NCBI GenBank assembly: GCA_937868675.1
Contig: CALMNJ010000032.1
Coordinates: 1-38,632 of the forward strand
Origin: an uncultured Bacteroidota bacterium
GTDB lineage: Bacteria > Bacteroidota > Bacteroidia > B-17B0 > Aurantibacillaceae
Length of the DNA stretch: 38,632 nt
Direction: 5' to 3'
Positions 1 through 8,379 of this stretch are shown here, piece by piece (position 1 is the stretch's first letter; each line of letters starts with the position of its first letter). The position numbers were made by a program, and so were the translations under genes. The notes beneath the pieces were generated by a model. It had not been told where the DNA came from, made no database searches, and saw only the letters and a program-made list of their open reading frames with translations.

Positions 1-4
1 GCTT

Positions 5-1294
5 GTGGTTGGACAGAACTACAGCTACCTTGTTATAGGCATTTACGGAGATGGCTCGCAAACCAGAGCAGTAAGCACAGTTTGCGCGCAACTTAAGCGG
101 GATGTACCGGTGCTGCTCAACGTGGATGTGCTTTCGACCTCAACCATGGGCGCAATAAAAATCGCCTGGGCTGCTCCGCTTACTGATGGCGATAATCTGG
201 ACACCCTGAAACACCCCGGCCCATATCAATACAACCTTGTTACAATACAACCCGATGGAAACCGGAAAGTAGTTTTCACAGAAACAAAGAACTCCGTTTT
301 ATTTTTAAGCAGTGGCTTCACCCATACAAACGTCAGTACCGTTGATACAAACATTACTTATCAATTGGATTTTATTGCCGGCGGCGAGCTAATTGGTTCT
401 TCACAAAAGGCAACTTCCGTTTTTGTTATGGCCAGATCTTCCGACCGCCGTGTGGACTTGAACTGGAGTAGCAAAACACCATGGAGCAATTATAATTATA
501 CCATACGCCGAAAAAACCCGGACAGTCAGGTTTACCAAACCATTGGTGTAAGTGCAACCACAACATTTACAGATACGGCCCTTGTTGTGAATAATCACAC
601 GTATTGCTACCTTGTAACATCCGAAGGCAAATACTCCAACAACAATTTTCCCTTTCCGCTACTTAACAATTCTCAGAAAATATGTGTAAGGCCGGAAGAC
701 CATACGCCGCCCTGCGAACCGCAAATTTCGCTAGAAGCAGATTGCCCGAAGCAACAGGTTCTGGTGAGCTGGAACGGCGTAAAAAAAACCTGCCGGCAAA
801 GTGATGATGTGGTTAGCTACAATGTTTTCTTTAAACCATTTGTAAGCGCGGAATATATTTTAGTTGCCGAAATACCTGCCGATAGTGTACTGGCCTATTC
901 GCCCGGAACAATTGACCTTATTTCGGGTTGTTATTATGTGCAGGCGGTTGACTCAGCAGGGAATAAAAGCACTTTCGCACACGATGTTTGTCTCGACAAT
1001 TGCCCTATTTATGAGCTACCCAATATTTTTACACCTAACAACGATGGCGTCAACGATCACTTCAAGGCAATTAGGGTAAGGCAAATCAGCGAAATTGACC
1101 TTTATGTTTACGACCGGTGGGGAAATCAGGTATATCACACCGCCGACCCATATTTTAAATGGAATGGCGTAAGTTCAACAACCAATGAGCGGGTAAGTGA
1201 AGGGGTCTTCTTTTATATTTGCGATGTGTTTGAACCTCATGTGCGCGGTGTGGTAAAAAGGAGCATAAAGGGCTCGGTGCAGGTAACGAGGTAA
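5..1294 (+). CDS. T9SS type B (gliding motility-associated) C-terminal domain protein with FN3-like domains; probably 5' partial
   Basis: C-terminal PNIFTPNNDGVNDHF...YDRWGNQVY...W.G...GVFFY signature. FN3-like segments (VDLNWS...YTIRR...YCYLVTS). No signal peptide, and the frame is open at the window edge. Confidence 0.85.
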   Translation: MVGQNYSYLVIGIYGDGSQTRAVSTVCAQLKRDVPVLLNVDVLSTSTMGAIKIAWAAPLTDGDNLDTLKHPGPYQYNLVTIQPDGNRKVVFTETKNSVLFLSSGFTHTNVSTVDTNITYQLDFIAGGELIGSSQKATSVFVMARSSDRRVDLNWSSKTPWSNYNYTIRRKNPDSQVYQTIGVSATTTFTDTALVVNNHTYCYLVTSEGKYSNNNFPFPLLNNSQKICVRPEDHTPPCEPQISLEADCPKQQVLVSWNGVKKTCRQSDDVVSYNVFFKPFVSAEYILVAEIPADSVLAYSPGTIDLISGCYYVQAVDSAGNKSTFAHDVCLDNCPIYELPNIFTPNNDGVNDHFKAIRVRQISEIDLYVYDRWGNQVYHTADPYFKWNGVSSTTNERVSEGVFFYICDVFEPHVRGVVKRSIKGSVQVTR

Positions 1295-1307
1295 AGAACA
1301 GTTAAGT

Positions 1308-2501
1308 ATGCGATTACATAAGAACCTTGTTTCCGCAATAGCTAATAGCAGCCGTGAAATCTTGATTTCAGGACGCTATGCTGATAAAGCAATTGAATTT
1401 ATTCTAAAGCACAACTCACAATGGGGCAGTAGAGACCGTCGTTTTGTGGCAGAAGGAATTTACGACATTGTCAGGAACTACCGCTTGTTTTCAACGCTTG
1501 CGCAAAGCGATACCAATTTTTGGTTTATCACCGGTGTCTGGCTTTGCACGAAAGAAATGGAAATCCCTGCCTGGCCCGAGTTTACGCATCTTAATAGGGC
1601 CGACGTGCTGGCCCGAAAGGAACGGCTTCGCAACCACCCTGCCATTTATGAGTCTTACCCCGACTGGCTTTGGCAGTTGGCCGAAGGCGAGCTCGGAACA
1701 GAAAAATGGACACAGGAAGCGATGGCTATGAATAAACAGGCCGAAGTTTTTTTAAGAACCAATATGCTTAAAACTAACCGAGCCCAGCTAATGCAAATGT
1801 TCGGCAAGCTGAATATTGCTACCGAAGAAGTGCACGGCCTGGCAGAAACGATAAAGCTAACCAAACGCGAAAACATCTTTAAAAGCGCCCTGTTCAAAGA
1901 AGGCTATTTCGAGGTGCAGGATAAGGGTTCGCAGCAAATAAGCCGGTTTTTGAATCCACAACCCGGTCAAACCATAGTGGATGCCTGTGCCGGTGGCGGC
2001 GGAAAAACACTGCACCTGGCAGCGCTTATGCAAAACAAAGGCCGCATTATTAGCCTTGATGTTGAGGAATGGAAACTGGAAGAGCTCAAAAAAAGAGCCA
2101 GAAGAGCCGGGGTTCACAACGTAGAAACCAGGTTGATTGAAAACACAAAAACAATAAAAAACCTGGAAGCAAAAGCTGACAGGTTACTGCTGGATGTACC
2201 CTGCAGCGGATTGGGAGTGATAAAACGAAACCCTGATGCCAAATGGAAGTTAAGTGCAGACTCGATTGCCGAAACGAAGCAAAAGCAGGAAGATATTATT
2301 CAGAGGTATTCTGCCATGCTGAAAACCGGTGGAGAGATGGTTTACAGCACCTGCAGTATTTTGCCCTCAGAGAATCAGTTGCAGGTGCAAAAATTTATGG
2401 CTCAAAACAGCCGTTTCTCAATTCTCGAGGAGAAAACAATCCTCCCATCCGAAGGAGGAGACGGATTTTACATGGCCAGGATTTTAAAACACGAACAATA
2501 G
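1308..2501 (+). CDS. RsmB/NOP family SAM-dependent RNA m5C methyltransferase
   Basis: Motifs EVQDKGSQ, DACAGGGGKT, DVPCSGLG and YSTCS (both catalytic Cys motifs). Confidence 0.92.
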   Translation: MRLHKNLVSAIANSSREILISGRYADKAIEFILKHNSQWGSRDRRFVAEGIYDIVRNYRLFSTLAQSDTNFWFITGVWLCTKEMEIPAWPEFTHLNRADVLARKERLRNHPAIYESYPDWLWQLAEGELGTEKWTQEAMAMNKQAEVFLRTNMLKTNRAQLMQMFGKLNIATEEVHGLAETIKLTKRENIFKSALFKEGYFEVQDKGSQQISRFLNPQPGQTIVDACAGGGGKTLHLAALMQNKGRIISLDVEEWKLEELKKRARRAGVHNVETRLIENTKTIKNLEAKADRLLLDVPCSGLGVIKRNPDAKWKLSADSIAETKQKQEDIIQRYSAMLKTGGEMVYSTCSILPSENQLQVQKFMAQNSRFSILEEKTILPSEGGDGFYMARILKHEQ

Positions 2502-2524
2502 TCCCGGGTTTGAAAAAGTTTAAA

Positions 2525-2532
2525 TAAATTTG
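2525..2532 (+). promoter_or_regulatory. Bacteroidota -7 promoter box (TAAATTTG) upstream of rhodanese-cysQ
   Basis: Matches TAnnTTTG, 11 nt before the ATG at 2544. Confidence 0.5.
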
Positions 2533-2543
2533 AAATATAAAAC

Positions 2544-2924
2544 ATGAAAAAGCTACTCAGTATTTTAATACTCTTTGTTTGTTTAAGGTCAACGTCACAA
2601 ACGGTAAGCAATGTCAATGCGGCCGATTTCAAAAAGCAGATTGACTTAAAAAAAGGAATCCTGATAGATTTGCGCACCACAGATGAAATAAAAAGCAAAG
2701 GCATGATTCCGGGAGCAAAACAAATTGATTTTTTAGCAAGCGATGCCGAAGCTCAGATACAGAGTCTGGATAAAGGGAAAACCTATCTGATATATTGTGC
2801 GGGTGGTGGACGCAGCACTGACTGTGCCGAGCTAATGAAAAAATGGGGATTTAAGGAAGTGGTAAATCTTGAAAAAGGATTTTCGGACTGGGCCCGTAAC
2901 GGGCTGCCCATTGAAAAAAAATAA
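2544..2924 (+). CDS. Rhodanese-like domain protein with signal peptide
   Basis: IDLRT..E...GMIPGA, active-site loop YCAGGGRS, LEKGFSDW. N-terminal MKK plus hydrophobic stretch. Confidence 0.9.
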   Translation: MKKLLSILILFVCLRSTSQTVSNVNAADFKKQIDLKKGILIDLRTTDEIKSKGMIPGAKQIDFLASDAEAQIQSLDKGKTYLIYCAGGGRSTDCAELMKKWGFKEVVNLEKGFSDWARNGLPIEKK

Positions 2925-2926
2925 GA

Positions 2927-3748
2927 ATGGACTACCGCCCCTTGCTAAAACTTGCAGTAAATGCAGCGCTCCTTGCCGGCGAAGAAATACTTAGCATTTA
3001 CAATACGGATTTTGATATAGAGACAAAGCCAGACAATACACCTGTAACTGAAGCCGATAAAGCTTCGGGACAATGTATTAGCACAGAGCTCAGGAAATCA
3101 GGAATTCCAATAATAAGTGAAGAAGAAGAAGCGGCCGAATATAGCGAGCGCTGTAACTGGAAACAGGTGTGGATTGTTGATCCTTTGGATGGGACAAAAG
3201 AGTATATAAAGCGCAATGGAGAATTTGCAGTTAATATTGCACTTGTTGAGGACAAGCGGCCTGTAATAGGAGTGATTTATGCCCCCGTGAGTCGCCTTAT
3301 TTATTTTGCCGCACAGGGACTAGGGAGCTTCAAAATAGAACAGCACGACCTTATTACCGAGCTCACAAAAAGGAATATAACTGAAAACCTATTCGAGTTC
3401 GGAAAAAAACTTCCGCTTCGCCGACCTCCTAAAAGCTACACGGTTGTGGCCAGTCGTTCACACCTGAGCCGGGAAGTAAATGCGCGCATCAGGCAACTCG
3501 AGGATATTTATGGACAGGTTGATATTATCAGCGTTGGCAGCAGCATTAAGCAGTGCTGGGTTGCCGAAGGCAAGGCGCACGAGTATCCGCGCTTTGGCGT
3601 TACAATGGAGTGGGACACCGCTGCCGGTCAGTGTATTCTTGAACAATCAGGAAACCAATTAGTTGATTATGTAACCGGTAAACCAATGGTGTACAACAAA
3701 GAAAACCTTCAGAACAATTTTTTTATCGCCAAAACGGTGACAATTTAA
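2927..3748 (+). CDS. cysQ: 3'(2'),5'-bisphosphate nucleotidase CysQ
   Basis: PVTEAD, ISEE, WIVDPLDGTKEY, VASRSH, GSS.K and TMEWDTAAGQ motifs. Confidence 0.93.
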   Translation: MDYRPLLKLAVNAALLAGEEILSIYNTDFDIETKPDNTPVTEADKASGQCISTELRKSGIPIISEEEEAAEYSERCNWKQVWIVDPLDGTKEYIKRNGEFAVNIALVEDKRPVIGVIYAPVSRLIYFAAQGLGSFKIEQHDLITELTKRNITENLFEFGKKLPLRRPPKSYTVVASRSHLSREVNARIRQLEDIYGQVDIISVGSSIKQCWVAEGKAHEYPRFGVTMEWDTAAGQCILEQSGNQLVDYVTGKPMVYNKENLQNNFFIAKTVTI

Positions 3749-3749
3749 T

Positions 3750-4340
3750 TCAAAGGCTAAACAACTTCGAAATTACGTATGTACCCTCAATGACCAGTTG
3801 TTTAAAATCTTTATGGTGTTTAATAATAATTTGGTTGCGGTTGTTTCGTGATATGATAAAATCATACTCAACAGCCTCGCGGCCCTTTCGTTCAAGGGCA
3901 AGCAGGGCCCTTACTTCCGTTTCCGTGAGCGCCTTTTCTTTCTGAAATTTAAAATTCCAGTATTCGCGCTCTCTTATTTTAAGCCCCGAAAATCTTCGGT
4001 TGGGCAAATCGGTGTAGCTTGATGTATAATAGCGTATCTGGTACCGTGCGGCGTTTTTAAACACGACAAATTTTTCGGTTATGGAGTATTTTTGCGGCTT
4101 GCCGGAAATGATTTGCCCGGATGCCGTGGAAAGATTCACGCTCGCTTCCTCAACATGGCATTGATAGTACACTAATGAATCACCGGAAGAGAGCACATTA
4201 AGGTAGCTGCCAGACTTTGCGATAAGTGAATCTAGCGATTGAGAATAAAGAATCGAAGTGAAGGATAAAAGACTTAAAACAAAAAAACAGGTCTTTGTCA
4301 AAGATTGATTTGTGCTGATTTTTTCGGAGGACTTAATCAT
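3750..4340 (-). CDS. Hypothetical exported protein
   Basis: 196-aa ORF with signal-peptide-like N-terminus (..FFVLSLLSFTSILYSQ). Overlaps the stop of the upstream protease gene by 8 nt. No family recognised. Confidence 0.7.
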   Translation of the reverse strand: MIKSSEKISTNQSLTKTCFFVLSLLSFTSILYSQSLDSLIAKSGSYLNVLSSGDSLVYYQCHVEEASVNLSTASGQIISGKPQKYSITEKFVVFKNAARYQIRYYTSSYTDLPNRRFSGLKIREREYWNFKFQKEKALTETEVRALLALERKGREAVEYDFIISRNNRNQIIIKHHKDFKQLVIEGTYVISKLFSL

Positions 4341-6468
4341 CGTTACCCAGCTTCACAAACTTGCGCGTCAGCTGTTTTCCATTAAGTTTGAAGTGTACAA
4401 AGTACACGCCTGCCGTTAATTCCGAAACATTTATCGAGGCCCCTTGGCCAGTTTCTGCGATGGCATCAACCTTTACCTTTTGGCCTACCAGATCATGCAC
4501 CTCAATTTCTTCAGGCTCTTGCGAACTGCGCATTGAGGAAAGGTGAAGAATATTACCGGCAGGATTAGGATACAAAACTATATCACCCATATCGGTTATT
4601 TTGGTGAGCCCGGTCGTGTTGTCGCCATCAATATTTATATCGTCAAGGTACAGGTTATTGCCGCCACCGCTGGTGAAAACAAATTTAAAGCGCAATAATC
4701 CTTTTGCAATGGCAGGGTTAAGATTCACCTTTTCAAGACGCCAGTCATTGTCAGAACCCATCGAGGGAATAAAGTTTGCGGTCTGTAATGCTGTGGATGT
4801 ATTCAACACGCTGGGAGCCGCCTTCAGGTAGGCCGATGTCCACGTTTTACCGCAATTGCCTGAAATAAAAATCTGAAGCTGGTCGGTGTTGCCCGAAGCC
4901 CTTAGTGTAAAATTAAGTCTGAACGTGAGCGTTGGATTTTCAACAGCAGTGAGGTCATAAACCGGTGAAATAATTTCATCAATCATGGGTGCGCTGCCCG
5001 AATAATTATTCACACTAATACAGTTAGTGCCTGTATATGCAGTAAGTGTATCCAGGAACCAACCTCTGCTGTCTCCATCATGATTAATCACAGTCCATTT
5101 ATCGTAGTCGCTGGGTAATTCAAAACTCTCAACGAAGGGAACAAAAAAGTTGGGGTCGGGGGCCGTTGGCAAAATATAAACTTTATTATTAAACGCCTTG
5201 GTCTTGCTGCTGCTTTGATAATTGTTTGTTAGTGAAAACGAGTACACACCGGGTGCCGCATACAATACCTTGACAACGCTGTCGCTGAGGCTGCTGGAGG
5301 GTTGTCCGCCAAAATCCCAGACGCGGGAAGAAACCTGTCCTCCGTAGGAATTATCGGTAAACTTTACTGAGTCGCCTTCGCAGGCAATAATGTCCGGAAC
5401 CTGTAAAACGGCGGGTTGTGAGGCACACGCCACGGGATAAGAGTATGGATTCGAAGTGCCTGTGGCATTAAGGTTGGCGTTCGACCAAAGGTTGTTTCTT
5501 CCGGAAACAGTTGATGTAATAGCCGCCGTCATACGTGTTACCTGGCCTGCCGTAAACATATTTAGGCATGAGCCGTTTGTGTAATCCATATAGTCGGTAA
5601 ACATTTCGCCGTTGCCGTTGCTGCCACAGGTATTAAATGGGTTCCGCGGGAAATTTGGACAACCCGAGTTGCTGTTTTGAGCGGGAGGGGTGTCGGCCAC
5701 CTGATCATTGCCACAAACTGCGTCGCCCCATATATGGCGCAGGTTAAACCAATGCCCAAGTTCATGAATGAGATAACGCCCTAAAAAATTACCCCATCCT
5801 GAGTTAGTAGCCGAGGTTCCGATACTTCCAATAAGATCGCCCCTGATATTGATACCGTCAAGCGTGGCGGGTCCTCCGGGAAACGTTGCATACCCGCCTC
5901 CGGCACATCCGCTCTGTCCGGAATAATGCATGGATTGAGTAAGCCAGATGTTGAGGTACTTGTTGTTTGGCCAATAGGAGAGTTGTTTTATGTCGTCCTC
6001 ATATAACGAACAGTTGCTCAATGGCGAATAAATTCTGTTAATGCCATTGGTGCATTTGCCATTAGGATCAATTGTTGCCAGTCTGAATTCCACATCAAAA
6101 GGCGCTGCAAAAGTTTTGAATGCGGCAGGCGTAAGCGCTGTATCGGCTTGCAGGCGTTTAAATTCTTTATTCAAAATAGCGATTTGATCTATGATCTGGG
6201 CATCTGAAATATTACCATAGGCCGTTGTGTATATGATATGAAAAACAACCGGAATAATATATGTTGCGTTTGCTGGCTTTGATAATAAGGAGGTTTTTTC
6301 CAAAGCCTGTGTTTCAAACTCCAATACCTCCTGGTTCTTTTTAAATACAGGATCGGTTTCCAGCATCTGCTGGTAAATGTTGTGCGACGAGCAGTTGAAT
6401 TGGTTTTGCGCAACGGCAGTGTAGCTGCATAAAACGAATAAGAGAAAAAGGGGAGGGTTTTTTTTCAT
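4333..6468 (-). CDS. M43 (pappalysin/ulilysin-like) zinc metalloprotease with PKD domain and T9SS type A C-terminal domain
   Basis: IPVVFHI, HELGHWFNLRHIWGD zinc motif, DTPP and YMDYT Met-turn. PKD-like FTDNS...WDFGG. C-terminal LYPNPA...GVYFV...TRKFVK. Confidence 0.92.
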   Translation of the reverse strand: MKKNPPLFLLFVLCSYTAVAQNQFNCSSHNIYQQMLETDPVFKKNQEVLEFETQALEKTSLLSKPANATYIIPVVFHIIYTTAYGNISDAQIIDQIAILNKEFKRLQADTALTPAAFKTFAAPFDVEFRLATIDPNGKCTNGINRIYSPLSNCSLYEDDIKQLSYWPNNKYLNIWLTQSMHYSGQSGCAGGGYATFPGGPATLDGINIRGDLIGSIGTSATNSGWGNFLGRYLIHELGHWFNLRHIWGDAVCGNDQVADTPPAQNSNSGCPNFPRNPFNTCGSNGNGEMFTDYMDYTNGSCLNMFTAGQVTRMTAAITSTVSGRNNLWSNANLNATGTSNPYSYPVACASQPAVLQVPDIIACEGDSVKFTDNSYGGQVSSRVWDFGGQPSSSLSDSVVKVLYAAPGVYSFSLTNNYQSSSKTKAFNNKVYILPTAPDPNFFVPFVESFELPSDYDKWTVINHDGDSRGWFLDTLTAYTGTNCISVNNYSGSAPMIDEIISPVYDLTAVENPTLTFRLNFTLRASGNTDQLQIFISGNCGKTWTSAYLKAAPSVLNTSTALQTANFIPSMGSDNDWRLEKVNLNPAIAKGLLRFKFVFTSGGGNNLYLDDINIDGDNTTGLTKITDMGDIVLYPNPAGNILHLSSMRSSQEPEEIEVHDLVGQKVKVDAIAETGQGASINVSELTAGVYFVHFKLNGKQLTRKFVKLGNDD

Positions 6469-6470
6469 AA

Positions 6471-7118
6471 TTATTTAAATCCAATGGTTTCGGGATACTG
6501 AGAATGAAATACGGCATAAATAATAAAGCCTGCAACAAGCCCAACTCCGCCGCCGGCCAGCGATTTGAGTTTACGTTTTTGACGGGCCACCCGTTCATAA
6601 CCTAAAATATAAGCATCGCTTTCAACAAAACGCGGATTACTAATGGTGTGATGCCGTATTCTTATTTTAGTAATGCCACTAAGCGCCATAAACCCAAAAG
6701 GGGCAACAGGGCCCCAAATGGAGCCGGTCATTCCGCCAAGCACTCCAAAAACAGTTCCGGTTACCAACGCCCCCCGCGCCTTAAAACCACGCCGGGCGTC
6801 ATTTTCTCCTTTCATATAAAGCCACATTTCTTCCCGGGTGAAAATATTGTTGATCGAGAAATCCTGTGAATAATAGTAACGTCTGTATCCGTTTGCATAA
6901 CGAACCATGTAAAGCCTGTCCTGTTCAAAGTTGATAAGGCGGTCTGCTTTTTTCGGATTATGAATGCTTACCTGACCAAACGTAGTATCAATCACCTTTT
7001 CACCTATGGCATGCCCCGTCATTAAATAAATAGTGTCTTGTACTTTTATTTGCGCCGGGCACAACACCCATAACATGAGCACCAGTAAAGCATAACCAAG
7101 GCGCAAACAATTACACAT
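6471..7118 (-). CDS. Hypothetical membrane/exported protein
   Basis: Signal peptide followed by QDTIYLMTG (a common Bacteroidota N-terminus) and Gly-rich hydrophobic C-terminal segments. Start placed at ATG 7118 because the TTG at 7124 lies inside a -7 box. Confidence 0.7.
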   Translation of the reverse strand: MCNCLRLGYALLVLMLWVLCPAQIKVQDTIYLMTGHAIGEKVIDTTFGQVSIHNPKKADRLINFEQDRLYMVRYANGYRRYYYSQDFSINNIFTREEMWLYMKGENDARRGFKARGALVTGTVFGVLGGMTGSIWGPVAPFGFMALSGITKIRIRHHTISNPRFVESDAYILGYERVARQKRKLKSLAGGGVGLVAGFIIYAVFHSQYPETIGFK

Positions 7119-7121
7119 AAA

Positions 7122-7129
7122 CAAATATA
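7122..7129 (-). promoter_or_regulatory. -7 promoter box (TATATTTG)
   Basis: Reverse complement of CAAATATA matches TAnnTTTG, in the gap below mqnC. Confidence 0.45.
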
Positions 7130-7154
7130 ACTTTAATTGGGTGCAATCCAGTGC

Positions 7155-8282
7155 TCAATAATTGATTACCTGCTCTTCGATGTTTGCAGGAATTTCGCGG
7201 TATTCGTATTGCTGGTTTCGAAGTTGGGGAACAAAACCCGCTTCGCGGATTGACTCCTGTATCTGTTTGTATGTGAACCGGTGCGGCGCCCCTGCGGCGC
7301 TTACCACATTTTCCTCAATCATAATACTGCCGAAATCGTTTGCGCCTGCATGCAAACAAATCTGCGCCGTGGCTTTCCCAACGGTTAACCAACTGGCCTG
7401 TATGTTCTCAATGTTTGGGAGCATAATACGGCTAAGTGCGATCATGCGTATATACTCATCAGAAGTTACATTGTTCCGAATTCCTTTGAGCCTGTTTAAT
7501 AGCGTTCCATCATCCTGAAAAGGCCAGGGGATAAACGCAATAAAACCTTTTGCGCCAGCTGGTTTTTGAGCCTGCACATCGCGTAGCCAAACCAGATGTT
7601 CAAACCGTTCGTAAACCGTTTCAACATGTCCAAACATCATGGTAGCACTGGTAGTAAGGTTAAGCTGGTGCGCGGCCTTCATTACATCAAGCCATTCCCG
7701 TCCGGTACATTTTCCTTTACTGATTAACCGGCGTACACGATCATTAAGAATTTCGGCCCCTGCTCCGGGCAAACTGTCAAGGCCCGCATCAATAAGGGCT
7801 TTTAAAACTTCGGTATGAGTGCTTTTTTCCAGTTTAGTGATATGCGCAATCTCAGGAGGGCCAAGCGCATGAAGCTTCACTTTCGGAAACAGTTTTTTAA
7901 GCTCACTGAAAAGGCCAACGTAATAGGAAAGTCCAAGATCAGGGTGATGACCGCCCTGCAAAAGCAATTGTTCGCCACCGTAACGAAATGTTTCTTCAAT
8001 TTTTTTACGGTATGTTTCAATACTCGTAATGTAACTTTCAGCGTGTCCTGGTATCCTGTAAAAATTGCAGAACTTGCAATTGGCTATACACACATTGGTC
8101 GTGTTCAGGTTACGGTCAATAATCCAGGTAACCTTATCGGAATTGTTTTTCCTGATTTTCCGGAGCTCGTTGGCAACCATCATCAGTTCAGCGGTTGGGG
8201 CGTTTTCAAAAAGAAACACACCCTCTTCAGCCGTTAGGAACTCTGACCGAAGTGCGCGGATTAATAGAGAATCAATTTTCAT
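7155..8282 (-). CDS. mqnC: Cyclic dehypoxanthinyl futalosine synthase (radical SAM, CofH/MqnC family)
   Basis: DRNLNTTNVCIANCKFC (CxxxCxxC), LLQGGHHP, PGAGAEIL, ATMMFGHVE, QASW and GANDFGSIMIEENVV. Start MKIDS chosen downstream of the -7 box. Confidence 0.88.
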   Translation of the reverse strand: MKIDSLLIRALRSEFLTAEEGVFLFENAPTAELMMVANELRKIRKNNSDKVTWIIDRNLNTTNVCIANCKFCNFYRIPGHAESYITSIETYRKKIEETFRYGGEQLLLQGGHHPDLGLSYYVGLFSELKKLFPKVKLHALGPPEIAHITKLEKSTHTEVLKALIDAGLDSLPGAGAEILNDRVRRLISKGKCTGREWLDVMKAAHQLNLTTSATMMFGHVETVYERFEHLVWLRDVQAQKPAGAKGFIAFIPWPFQDDGTLLNRLKGIRNNVTSDEYIRMIALSRIMLPNIENIQASWLTVGKATAQICLHAGANDFGSIMIEENVVSAAGAPHRFTYKQIQESIREAGFVPQLRNQQYEYREIPANIEEQVINY

Positions 8283-8295
8283 TGTGTACAGCATG

Positions 8296-8303
8296 CAAAT
8301 GTA
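8296..8303 (-). promoter_or_regulatory. -7 promoter box (TACATTTG) for mqnC
   Basis: Reverse complement of CAAATGTA. Lies between the upstream terminator and the mqnC start. Confidence 0.65.
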
Positions 8304-8324
8304 CCAATTGCTTTAATAACAAAT

Positions 8325-8358
8325 AAAAAAAGCCGCCTTCGTCCAGAAAGCGACTTTT
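8325..8358 (-). terminator. Intrinsic terminator of the T9SS adhesin gene
   Basis: Minus strand AGTCGCTTTC-TGGAC-GAAGGCGGCT (two G-U pairs) followed by a T tract. Confidence 0.8.
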
Positions 8359-8379
8359 ACTATTTAATAGACTATTTGT

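Noticed and set aside
2508-2520. GTTTGAAAAAGTT repeated at 31140-31152
   Set aside because: Low-complexity 13-mer in AT-rich spacers before unrelated genes; chance is an adequate explanation.
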